A stretch of 64,000 nucleotides of DNA from IMG/VR virus record IMGVR_UViG_3300047160_009226, positions 128,001 to 192,000 of that record; one strand, written 5' to 3'. Shown here piece after piece: positions 17,416-26,353 of the stretch (position 1 is the first letter of the stretch; every line of letters starts with the position of its first letter). The position numbers and the translations under genes are program-made. This DNA is from a virus. Lineage: Duplodnaviria > Caudoviricetes. Under the pieces are notes generated by a model. It saw only the letters and a list, made by a program, of their open reading frames with translations. It searched no databases and was not told where the DNA came from.

Positions 17416-18118
17416 AGGATTTCCATCTCAACTTCTCGTCATCTCGTTTGCGCCGTCTCGCTTCCTCTGGATCACCCAAGATTGGTGACGGTGCCTCGAA
17501 CTCGCCTATTCGACCGTTTGCGGGCCTTCCAACATCGTCTGTTGTCATCGGAGTGACTACAGAAACAGGCCCGGCTGTCTCTCCTTCCTCCTCTCCTAGA
17601 AGATCCAGTATGGGAAACATCTGAAGATTCATCAAGGCATCGCCCCATTGAGCTGCCATTGCTTCAAGAGTCTTTGGAATGATCAGCCAAAAATGATTCT
17701 CCGCACGATATCTAGTGAAGAGAGTCTCAACAATTAGTTCATGCAATTTCTTATTATGAGAATCGGTATATCCAAACTGCAAGTAGAACTGCTTGAACAC
17801 AGGGAATCCATCTCGATAGTTGTCGTTGTCAAAGTAATACTGAATCAGAGTAGTGCCGCTGAATACCTTATGTGGTCTTTTATCCAATTCCAACCGTGAC
17901 CGAACAACTCTATTTGCTGTATTATAATGTGCCAGAATGATCAACTGTTTCTCTTTAAGTTTATCTCCAAAAGATGTCAGAGGTAAAGAAACCACACTAG
18001 CAAAAAACTCCATTCGATAATGATCAAGTTCCTGCTCAGTTTCAGGAGTGCGTGCGTAGACTATCTTTTCTTTTCCGTTGACCACGATTTTTTTAGGGAT
18101 GTGAGTAATCTCATCCAT
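17408..18118 (-). CDS. Hypothetical protein, possibly a degenerate DnaC/IstB-like helicase loader
   Basis: Overlaps the dnaB start; FYLQFGYTDSHNKKLHELIVETLFTRYRAENHFWLII resembles the post-Walker-B region of DnaC-like ATPases; no intact Walker A/B. Confidence 0.4.
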   Translation of the reverse strand: MDEITHIPKKIVVNGKEKIVYARTPETEQELDHYRMEFFASVVSLPLTSFGDKLKEKQLIILAHYNTANRVVRSRLELDKRPHKVFSGTTLIQYYFDNDNYRDGFPVFKQFYLQFGYTDSHNKKLHELIVETLFTRYRAENHFWLIIPKTLEAMAAQWGDALMNLQMFPILDLLGEEEGETAGPVSVVTPMTTDDVGRPANGRIGEFEAPSPILGDPEEARRRKRDDEKLRWKSYE

Positions 18119-18130
18119 ATACTTGATCTC

Positions 18131-19774
18131 CTACTGGGCGATTCGTAGCTTTCTCATCTTTCTTGCAACTTCTACTGACAAAGATCCAACAAACTCAGCC
18201 ACAGGCTCATTACTACTAAGTAATGTCTCAAACTGAAGTGTCTTCGGTCGAAGAATGCTCTCTACCAACTCATCTACAGAATTCTGCATGAGAAGATGCC
18301 AAACTCCCAAGTATCGGTGCTCCGACCCAAATCTACGGGCTCGACCCACTACCTGTACATACTGCCCAACCGTCCAAGGCATCGAGAAAAAAATAACATG
18401 CTTCGCTCTCTGTAGATTTAATGCTTCTCCTCCCGCATCCGTCATCAACATCAAATTGGATCGGCCCTCCTGAAAATCCAATCTAGCTTGATCTCGATCA
18501 GCCTGTTTCACAGATCCCGTAATCACCACCGGATTTTGATCGGCAAGCGCTGACTTCAAATGCCAAATCGAAGTCGAAAAAGGAGAGTATATAATAACAG
18601 GATCATCTTCAAGCTCATTACTAAGAAGATCTTTTAGCATGGCTAATTTAGTATTCTTTTCTTGGACAGCTTTATACTCCAATCGCTTATTTGTGTCTGT
18701 ATGAAAAACAGATGGAAAGCCATCAACTTCCAGTGGCAAGCTGATATCAATAAAGTGCTCTGGAGTTGATGCGGCAATCTGTGCATGAGCGAGTGCTGAA
18801 TTAGCAGCTATGACATCATTATCATAGTCAGCCAAAAATAAACCACGTTCTGCGTCAGCGTAGACCCTACGATGCAGTGACGACATGGTCTCCCGACGAC
18901 TCACCGTCTGTACCTCAGGACGCTCCAGATCCATCTCTGATTCTGGTGGAGAGAGATAAAGATGAGATACCCTTGCAGCAAAGTCCGGTAGATTCTTATA
19001 GCCCTCGATCGTCTTGATCGTAATGAACCGTCGTCCCCCTCCCTTTCCTGTACGCATGGGAACCTTTTTTAGTCCCTGAATCACATAGGTTCGATTAAAA
19101 AAGATCAAAGACATCGTCCCTGGATTTAACAGGTTCAAGATATGCAATGCATCATGTGCCTTATTCTTAATAAGAGTCGCCGTAAAACCGTGGATTCGTG
19201 GGACAATCTCAGAAAGCTGCTGTGTAATTTTATAAAGCTTGGACTTTGGATTCCTCACACGCTGGCACTCGTCCAAGATCACCCATGTACCCTCCTTCCA
19301 GAGATCCTGCGTCTCCAAAAAGAAGTCCCAGTCCCTCTGATACTGGCTCCAACTGAGACACAACATTGATCCCATACCAATCTTAATCCATTCCTGATAG
19401 TAACGCTCGCGTTCCCGGTTAGGAGCATCTTCGCTCGATGGTACCTCAGTGCACGGAACACCCGGTAGAAATCTGTGGCACTCGTCACACCACTGCGATA
19501 CAGCGGACTTGGTTGTTACAACCAATAACCTGGATGATCTTTGCTCACGAAAAATTCCCCAAGCATTCAGACCACAAATAGTTTTCCCAGATCCTGTCAC
19601 ATGACCTAACACGAACCGTTTCATCACCAATAGATGAGAAACAGCTACTCGCTGATACTTGCGGAGCGGAAACTCGGTATTCCAACTTGAAGGCACTGGC
19701 AGATTGGGATTATCCCTCTGATCCCGGATTTTCTGCAGGGCCTGTTGCGCATCAGAAACTACGATCATTCTCAA
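18131..19774 (-). CDS. SNF2-family (SF2) helicase
   Basis: LRKYQ Q-motif, GSGKT, ILDECQ, TATLIKN, TDAGGEALNLQRAKHVIF, QVVGRARRFG. Confidence 0.93.
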   Translation of the reverse strand: MRMIVVSDAQQALQKIRDQRDNPNLPVPSSWNTEFPLRKYQRVAVSHLLVMKRFVLGHVTGSGKTICGLNAWGIFREQRSSRLLVVTTKSAVSQWCDECHRFLPGVPCTEVPSSEDAPNRERERYYQEWIKIGMGSMLCLSWSQYQRDWDFFLETQDLWKEGTWVILDECQRVRNPKSKLYKITQQLSEIVPRIHGFTATLIKNKAHDALHILNLLNPGTMSLIFFNRTYVIQGLKKVPMRTGKGGGRRFITIKTIEGYKNLPDFAARVSHLYLSPPESEMDLERPEVQTVSRRETMSSLHRRVYADAERGLFLADYDNDVIAANSALAHAQIAASTPEHFIDISLPLEVDGFPSVFHTDTNKRLEYKAVQEKNTKLAMLKDLLSNELEDDPVIIYSPFSTSIWHLKSALADQNPVVITGSVKQADRDQARLDFQEGRSNLMLMTDAGGEALNLQRAKHVIFFSMPWTVGQYVQVVGRARRFGSEHRYLGVWHLLMQNSVDELVESILRPKTLQFETLLSSNEPVAEFVGSLSVEVARKMRKLRIAQ

Positions 19775-19789
19775 CTCTCGTAGAGAATA

Positions 19790-20296
19790 TTAACTTTGAA
19801 AAAGAGACTTCAAATCTGGAATAATACCCAATAAAGTTCGTGTGTGTTGAGGTATCATGACTTCGTGTGAATCAAAAGCAATCTTAAGTCGATCAGATGA
19901 CCTCATACCACTGAGATTCATTTCCTTGATAACCTTATCAAGCCCATTTGGAATCGGAGTATCATTCCCATGGTTGAGATAAAAGTTTGGAGTGTCAAAC
20001 TCCTGAGAAACACGACCCCTTGGAACTGAATACGGTATCTTTTTGAGAGTCATAATCTGCTCTGAAGAGAGAGACCATTCTTCGCTAAGCTTAGGAACAA
20101 TATAACGACGCCAGAACCAATCATGAACCTTATCCTCGGGATAAAGTTCTTCAGGAAAGACATCAAGATCCCAACCGTTGGAAGTAGGAACCCAATAATA
20201 AGGGCCAGTCATTGGCCGTGCCGACTCCCTTAATGCAGCAAGTCGTTGAGCCAATCGATGAGTACGAGCTACACGGATTAAAGTAGACCTGTTCAT
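19790..20296 (-). CDS. Hypothetical protein with basic RLAQRL N-terminus
   Basis: ORF track; GGAG RBS; N-terminal motif shared with 48787-49821. Confidence 0.7.
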   Translation of the reverse strand: MNRSTLIRVARTHRLAQRLAALRESARPMTGPYYWVPTSNGWDLDVFPEELYPEDKVHDWFWRRYIVPKLSEEWSLSSEQIMTLKKIPYSVPRGRVSQEFDTPNFYLNHGNDTPIPNGLDKVIKEMNLSGMRSSDRLKIAFDSHEVMIPQHTRTLLGIIPDLKSLFQS

Positions 20297-20398
20297 TTCA
20301 TCTATCTCCCTTTATTACCCATAACTGTCGTAGCCCTTGATACAATCCTTTCTCATGGAATCTCGGAGATCATATTCAGTACTCGCCATAATCAACGA

Positions 20399-20932
20399 TT
20401 ATTCGACAATCATTGATGCCATACGACTATTGTACAGTTCAAGTCCTTTCTTAACCTCGTCTACGGAGAACCTCTTGAGTTCTCCCCCTGACCCTTCCAC
20501 TATAATCGGATATGGACTCACCATCGGACCCTCCTTATGCAACCTTTCCCCGACAATCTGGTACTTCGAACCATTACGCATAATCGTGCGACCCAAATCC
20601 GATGGCGATAGACCGTACTTAGTTGCAATCTCAATGAAATTGTTCTGAATAACGGAGTTCCCTGTCGGTTTAATCACATTCGATTGCGTCACATCTCCTG
20701 ACGCATGCACTTGAGTATAAAAACCATCGGTGCTCAAGGTCTGAACCACAATCCGTGCCTTTTCAGTAACCGAATGCGTGAGACCTGTACTCGCCACAAA
20801 CAAGTCAAACCTGATCGACGTCTCCCATCGGTCCTCGTCCTCATTCAATCCACACTCTATCTCCGTAATCGTCCAACGATTTCCCGTGACACTCAAGAAT
20901 ATGTCACCCACAACAATCGACTTCACAATCAC
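20399..20932 (-). CDS. Hypothetical phage protein, paralog of 21009-21572
   Basis: Shares VGDxF, RWETS, KYGLxPxDLGR, YxIVG and PIxxxG motifs with its neighbour. Confidence 0.8.
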   Translation of the reverse strand: MIVKSIVVGDIFLSVTGNRWTITEIECGLNEDEDRWETSIRFDLFVASTGLTHSVTEKARIVVQTLSTDGFYTQVHASGDVTQSNVIKPTGNSVIQNNFIEIATKYGLSPSDLGRTIMRNGSKYQIVGERLHKEGPMVSPYPIIVEGSGGELKRFSVDEVKKGLELYNSRMASMIVE

Positions 20933-20955
20933 GCCATTCCCCCCAAGAAAAAATG

Positions 20956-20995
20956 ATTCACGCCGACCATAGAACTATACCACGTCGGCGTGAAT
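20956..20995. promoter_or_regulatory. Perfect 12 bp inverted repeat enclosing a putative -10 box (promoter 20974-20999, minus strand)
   Basis: attcacgccgac (20956-20967) / gtcggcgtgaat (20984-20995); the loop contains TGGTATAGT on the minus strand, and a T-tract follows the hairpin on the minus strand. Confidence 0.7.
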
Positions 20996-21008
20996 TTTTC
21001 CCCTGGAT

Positions 21009-21572
21009 TTACACCAAACCAGCCTTCGCTTTCTCCGCAGTGATCTTATAGACACCACCACGCCTACCCTGAATCAGAATCGGCATCTTCCAGTTACGCG
21101 GTTTAGCACCGACGATCGTATAGTTCTTGGTACGATTCTTGCCAAGACTGATTTTGCGGCCCAGATCCGTCGGAGCCAAGCCGTACTTAGCTGCGTGTTG
21201 ACGGAAGTCGGCTTCCCATTGCCTACGCTTCTGATCAACCGATGGTGTAGAAGGAAGCGGCGCTCCAGCCAGAGGTCCGGTCGTCACAACCGAAGAAGGC
21301 GTTGTTGTTATACCATCTGAGGAAGTCGCTGCCTTCCTCACGCGTACAAAACCGCCTTCTTTCAGTCTCTGTACGAAGTCACGGCCCTTACTCGAGAGCT
21401 GAAGGTTATTTCCAGACCCGTAACTCGAATTCCATGCCACAGACGTCTCCCAACGATTGTCTACCATGCTGAATTCGAACCAGATCTTGACTACCTCCAG
21501 CGTGGTTGCAGAATCAGCACTCACAAATCGATCGCCCACCTCAACCGAAAGAACTGCAAGGATGTCAGCCAT
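21009..21572 (-). CDS. Hypothetical phage protein, paralog of 20399-20932
   Basis: Same shared motifs; GGAGGTGA RBS; low-complexity Thr/Ser linker. Confidence 0.8.
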   Translation of the reverse strand: MADILAVLSVEVGDRFVSADSATTLEVVKIWFEFSMVDNRWETSVAWNSSYGSGNNLQLSSKGRDFVQRLKEGGFVRVRKAATSSDGITTTPSSVVTTGPLAGAPLPSTPSVDQKRRQWEADFRQHAAKYGLAPTDLGRKISLGKNRTKNYTIVGAKPRNWKMPILIQGRRGGVYKITAEKAKAGLV

Positions 21573-21591
21573 TGATCGTCACCTCCATGTT

Positions 21592-21617
21592 ACTATACTC
21601 GCCCATCCGTGGTTTTT
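21592..21617 (-). promoter_or_regulatory. Putative phage promoter AAAAACC-N13-TATAGT
   Basis: Minus strand aaaaacc acggatgggcgag tatagt, just upstream of the GGAGG RBS of 21009-21572. Confidence 0.6.
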
Positions 21618-21627
21618 CGCATAAATT

Positions 21628-24000
21628 CTAAAGATCGCATCCTGGACCCGTACAAGCCACTTGAGCGGAGAGTGTTGTCTCGTCTTCTTCCTCGTAGAGT
21701 AAAATTCGTGACCAGTCAATCTCCGTCGGCATGACTTTCGCACGCTGAGTATATTCCTGCTCAGTAATCGTTTGATAAGGGGCCAATGGATAAACTGCGT
21801 TATCAAATGGATAGAACGAAATTCCACCTACAATATCCCAGTTCTCATAGACCCAGTTGCCTGCCTCGATCCACTCATGATCCTTGACACTAACCGTTAT
21901 ACTTGGATTGTGCTCTGTAAAATTGACTTTCCAAGTCTTCCAGTCCTCTAATTGTTCAACGGCTGTCATATCGCCAAGAATAATGGTATTATCAGGGGCT
22001 CTACACGGAAATTCAAACACACACATTCCTGTCTTATCATAATCGAACTGCCATGGAATCTTAGCGTCTTTTAATACCTTAGCAATAGGATTGGTTTCCT
22101 CAAACCGAAGACGTCTGATGTAGAACCTTCCGTGATGCGGTTTAAATCTGGCCGGCTTATCAAAGAATACGCTCGAATCTCCGGACGGTTTTCCACAAGT
22201 AAGAGCCGCTCCAGGCTTAATTCCAATTCTCTGTGCCCAATAAACGTTAGTTTCCTGAACTTTCTTCAAAAGTCTCCGAAGGATCTCTTCTCGTCCCGAT
22301 ACTCCTGGCTTCAAAAGTTTACAATCCATATGCCCAAGAATATCTACCCCGAGTAAAGCCTCATCTTCACAATTAAATTTCCATTCAGAACTAAGATATC
22401 TAAAATTAGTCATGCTTGCCTGAATAGTGCCCCAAATCGTCGCAATCTCAACCTTCTTCTCAATTTCCTCATAAGTATCATCAACTTCAACAATCGCGAT
22501 ACTAAGGTTACAAAATTCTTTATGTCTAAGAATAATTTCACCACATGGATTTGTTCCTAGTACATGTTCACGTGCTCTCCTAACTGGCATCTGATAATTT
22601 AACCCACCACGATTAAAAATCCCACGCTCTCCTGATCCGGATTTCGCCAATGCCATCCATTCGTCCATAAAGTCCACAGAAGTCGGCTTCTCTTCATATG
22701 CCGTTGAGTTATTAGTTTGATTCCTCCAAGGATGGGTGTTAAAAAACTCTCCCTTCTTCGCATCACGCATCAATAGATCATCTTTATCAGATAAAGAAAG
22801 ACCTGATGCCCGTCTCACTCCACCCATCTGACCGATCCGATGCAACATGCATGTCATATCCAAAAGATCAATACTTCGTAAGCGCTTCTTCTGTCTCCTA
22901 AAAACCAAGTCACGGTCAAAATTCAATAAGTCACGCAATGGGAGTGGGCCACTCGCCCGTCCTCCTTTAGTTCTCAAAATAGAACCTGCTGGCCTGATCT
23001 GTGACAAATCAAAATTTACATCAGCTCCATCCATCCAATGGTGAAGGCCAAATTTCAGTGCATCACACCAAGCCTCGGTATCGTCTTCGACCGTATAATC
23101 AACAGGATCGCAATCTCTCTTGGCATGAATTCTCGGCCACTTGTCAACGGCATATTCTTCTTCAACAGAGAATCCAAAACCTACACCTTGCATTAAAAGA
23201 TAAAGATCTTCCGTCATCAATTCAGGACTGTCCATTAAACCAAATGCGCAATTATAAATTCCAGACTGACATCGTTCCAATGCCGGTCCTGCCATTTGAA
23301 TTCCACGCATGCTGCCCGTTGCCTTGTGATGCAACAAGTAGTCATGCATAATTGCCCATGTCTCTTCTGAAACAGATCCAGGTGCAATCTTAGTGATATG
23401 ACTACGATAATAATCTATTACTCGTTTGCAGGATTCAGGCCAGATCTCTCGTCTCTTGGGTGTAAAGTCACGACGAAACCGAGAGAACTTATCAAACGCC
23501 TGAACTTCCTGAAGAAGCCTATTCTTCCCGGTAAATGTATCACATCCCTTCTTAAAAAAGTCTCTCATCTCAGGTGAGATACCTTTAGATTCTTCTCTAA
23601 TACGTCTTCGCTCATCTCTATAGAGAATGTAATGCTTGGCTGCTTCAAATTGCCCAAGTGCCATTAACTGGGCTTCAACAATATCCTGAATCGCTTCTAT
23701 TCCAATTTCTGCCAGGTGGCCGTTCTCACCAAACTGAAGCGCTTTCAATCTCAGAATTGTATCCACTTGATCAGTAACAATCTCAGGAGTCATTCCTCCA
23801 ATTCTTTCTGCCACACTTTCAAAACACATTCCCACGGCTCGAAGAATCTTATTTCTATCATAAGGTACAATATGCCCCTCTCGCTTCACTACTCTCATCA
23901 GATTAGGATCAGCCAAAGTCAATAGAGCAGCGTCTGATTCACTGTGATTCTTGTTGTTTCCGTTAGTGAGCTTGTTCGTAAGAGCAGAAACCAGCGCCAT
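21628..24000 (-). CDS. nrdJ: Class II (adenosylcobalamin-dependent) ribonucleotide reductase with N-terminal ATP cone
   Basis: ATP cone VVKREG..VPYDRNKI; YNCAF; TNPCGEI; FCNLS; KPSG; HNPSITV; C-terminal ACTGPGCDL. Start moved to ATG 24000 (AGGAG RBS, avoids overlap with dcd). Confidence 0.9.
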   Translation of the reverse strand: MALVSALTNKLTNGNNKNHSESDAALLTLADPNLMRVVKREGHIVPYDRNKILRAVGMCFESVAERIGGMTPEIVTDQVDTILRLKALQFGENGHLAEIGIEAIQDIVEAQLMALGQFEAAKHYILYRDERRRIREESKGISPEMRDFFKKGCDTFTGKNRLLQEVQAFDKFSRFRRDFTPKRREIWPESCKRVIDYYRSHITKIAPGSVSEETWAIMHDYLLHHKATGSMRGIQMAGPALERCQSGIYNCAFGLMDSPELMTEDLYLLMQGVGFGFSVEEEYAVDKWPRIHAKRDCDPVDYTVEDDTEAWCDALKFGLHHWMDGADVNFDLSQIRPAGSILRTKGGRASGPLPLRDLLNFDRDLVFRRQKKRLRSIDLLDMTCMLHRIGQMGGVRRASGLSLSDKDDLLMRDAKKGEFFNTHPWRNQTNNSTAYEEKPTSVDFMDEWMALAKSGSGERGIFNRGGLNYQMPVRRAREHVLGTNPCGEIILRHKEFCNLSIAIVEVDDTYEEIEKKVEIATIWGTIQASMTNFRYLSSEWKFNCEDEALLGVDILGHMDCKLLKPGVSGREEILRRLLKKVQETNVYWAQRIGIKPGAALTCGKPSGDSSVFFDKPARFKPHHGRFYIRRLRFEETNPIAKVLKDAKIPWQFDYDKTGMCVFEFPCRAPDNTIILGDMTAVEQLEDWKTWKVNFTEHNPSITVSVKDHEWIEAGNWVYENWDIVGGISFYPFDNAVYPLAPYQTITEQEYTQRAKVMPTEIDWSRILLYEEEDETTLSAQVACTGPGCDL

Positions 24001-24004
24001 GAGA

Positions 24005-24568
24005 CTATCTCCTGGTAAACTGTCCATTGATAGATGGTTGATAGGGCACTGGGCCATCGTACCCCCTGTAAAGCCCCTTATATGGAAGGATTTCTCCTTC
24101 AGGCGTGTCATAGCTTATCTGACATATCGGCGTAAATGGAAAAATTACCACTGGAATAATTGAATAGATCTCTAATGTCCAACAACCTTCAAATCCGACG
24201 TCTCCAAAACCTGCTGTAGCGTGTATATGCAAACTCAGACGACCAGTAGAACTTCGTCCATCGAGCATAGGAATCAAATCCGGTGATATTGTATACTCAG
24301 CGGTCGATCCCAGATAGAACCATCCTGGCTTAATGAGAAACCCTTTCTCAGGAGTCATGTAAACAGAGTAATCCGGTTTGTTTATCTGACCCCAAACTAA
24401 AGGCTTTCTCCAAGGAGTAAACCAATATCGTGGTCGATAAACTAACAACCTCGGTCCAATAGACAGGTTATAACTATTCGGATTCACTCTCTCTTCATCA
24501 AAAGGTTTGATGGTTAATCGATTATCAGCGGCTCGCTTAGCGATCTCTTTTCCAGTCAATTTCGACAC
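24005..24568 (-). CDS. dcd: dCTP deaminase
   Basis: NPNSYNLSIG, DGRSSTGRLSL, TAGFGDVGFEGCWTLEI, ICQISY, Y.GLY.G. Confidence 0.92.
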   Translation of the reverse strand: MSKLTGKEIAKRAADNRLTIKPFDEERVNPNSYNLSIGPRLLVYRPRYWFTPWRKPLVWGQINKPDYSVYMTPEKGFLIKPGWFYLGSTAEYTISPDLIPMLDGRSSTGRLSLHIHATAGFGDVGFEGCWTLEIYSIIPVVIFPFTPICQISYDTPEGEILPYKGLYRGYDGPVPYQPSINGQFTRR

Positions 24569-24590
24569 AATATTCCTCCCTTTTTTAAAA

Positions 24591-26108
24591 TCACCAGTAA
24601 CTACTAATTGAGAGTGCTTCTATCAAAGATGTTGGATATCCTCCTGGAATCAAAATTGATTTTCCTACAATCGGAGGAGCGATTTGTGGAGTCAAGGACT
24701 CTGGCAAACTTCCCATCCTCCTATATTCATCAAAGTGATCTGAAGGACATTGAATCGTAAAATCTACATGAGGATTTCCAGCACAGAGAGAAACAGTAGC
24801 TGCCGCTGGATATCGATAGGTTAGAGCCGCTGTAATAAAGAAATCGGTTCCCAAAAAAGATGTCATCTTGGGTCTGCCCAGCAATACCTTATTAATCCCT
24901 CGTTCAAGAGCCAATACCGGTCTAGGATGCTTGACTATAAGATACGTATCATTTTCTTCACTAATTTTAGTAGGAACAGGTCTGTATGTTGATGTAAGTT
25001 GATCTGGATCATCTTGCTGATTTCCGACCATCAACCAGCCTTCTGTCTGCATGAGAATCCGTGAACAACGATCCAGTCCCATTAATCGTTCTAAAGCAAG
25101 AACATAAGTATCTAACGTCGATCGCTCACTCGGTCGAAGATAGAGTCCTTGTTTGACATTATAAAGTATACTTGTAAGAGTTTGTGTCGTTTTACTAAAA
25201 GGATACGTTAAATACGGAAAATTTCCAATAAACGAAGCAGGTGGCTCTGTAATCACCGGAGGTGGCAACACAAATAGTGGAGGCCCTGGAGGACCTGGAG
25301 GTGGACTTGGCGGGACATGAGGATCTTGAATCGGCGGAGGAGGAAATGGATCGTAGTTTGCTGGAAATCTAAAAAGATGGGCATCCGTAAATGGTGCAAC
25401 CCAAAATCTAGTAACGTCAATCGGCCCCAATCTCTCTGAGATCTTAGTCATTGGAGGGATGACAAGATCTAACAAATCTGAATCAACAGGACTTTCAGGT
25501 GCTTTCCCATCAAGATACCAGTTTGGAACATTCCTAACAGCTGTATATCTAGGAAATGGTTGTGGTCCTTGATATGAAGGGTCCGCCCAATACTTATAAT
25601 CAATCAAAGAAGGTAGCGGAGGTTTCACCCCTTCGAACAGGGTGGACTTACTCTGCGAAGGTGGAGAAGGAGACGGAGAAGTGGAATAATTAAACAAAGG
25701 CGGGGGTGACCATGCGTTTATCCAATAGTACAATACAAACTTCTTCTCAGTCTCAAAATACTGCAACACAGGATCAACGGCTGACTCTATCAATGTTGCT
25801 GAAAAAGGACCTGATGTAGCACTATCAGAATCTGGCATAAGTGCAACAACTGGAATTAACTTTCCAGTCGGAGCACCATTAAAGGTGGTCGTAAGAAACA
25901 ATGCCTTGATTCCAGCTCCCCAGCCAATCAACCCTAACAAATTTCCATCTGGATTATCTCTGGTGACTCTGACATACGCCTCTGGTGTAGGTGTACCTGC
26001 ACTATACAAAGTAAATGCTGGCTGAAACTCTTCGAAGTTTTCTGCGATGACAGTCATCGCCTCCCCTGTCTCTGTGACCACAGATGAAGATAATCGCATC
26101 ACAGCCAT
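24591..26108 (-). CDS. Proline-rich putative virion protein, paralog family member 1
   Basis: N-terminal domain and (S/T)R(I/V)LMxx(E/K)G motif shared with 26354-27871 and 28200-31190. Confidence 0.7.
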   Translation of the reverse strand: MAVMRLSSSVVTETGEAMTVIAENFEEFQPAFTLYSAGTPTPEAYVRVTRDNPDGNLLGLIGWGAGIKALFLTTTFNGAPTGKLIPVVALMPDSDSATSGPFSATLIESAVDPVLQYFETEKKFVLYYWINAWSPPPLFNYSTSPSPSPPSQSKSTLFEGVKPPLPSLIDYKYWADPSYQGPQPFPRYTAVRNVPNWYLDGKAPESPVDSDLLDLVIPPMTKISERLGPIDVTRFWVAPFTDAHLFRFPANYDPFPPPPIQDPHVPPSPPPGPPGPPLFVLPPPVITEPPASFIGNFPYLTYPFSKTTQTLTSILYNVKQGLYLRPSERSTLDTYVLALERLMGLDRCSRILMQTEGWLMVGNQQDDPDQLTSTYRPVPTKISEENDTYLIVKHPRPVLALERGINKVLLGRPKMTSFLGTDFFITAALTYRYPAAATVSLCAGNPHVDFTIQCPSDHFDEYRRMGSLPESLTPQIAPPIVGKSILIPGGYPTSLIEALSISSYW

Positions 26109-26151
26109 TATAATTGCCTCATGTCAACTGGTATGAACCTCTCCGTGACTC

Positions 26152-26177
26152 CTAATACCACGGCCCTCTGAGAAAAA
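26152..26177 (-). promoter_or_regulatory. Putative phage promoter variant TTTTTCT-N13-TATTAG
   Basis: Minus strand tttttct cagagggccgtgg tattag in the intergenic gap; weaker match to the consensus. Confidence 0.4.
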
Positions 26178-26353
26178 ATGCCCAAAAAAATAAGATCCAT
26201 ACCAATAAAAATAGGAATAGAGTTTCTCTATCCCTAGTACACGACATACCAACAGTCTATGGGCTACACAAACCGAAGTTTTAGACGGATTAGCGAGGAG
26301 GAAAATAAGACAGTGCTTTTTCTAACCAATCTAGATAAAATCATTTTATATTA

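Noticed and set aside
24001-24111. N-terminal extension of the RNR ORF
   Set aside because: Overlaps dcd by 107 bp; ATG 24000 has an AGGAG RBS.
26110-26131. TTGACA and TATAAT on the minus strand just before 24591-26108
   Set aside because: The spacer is only 9 nt, incompatible with a sigma-70 promoter.
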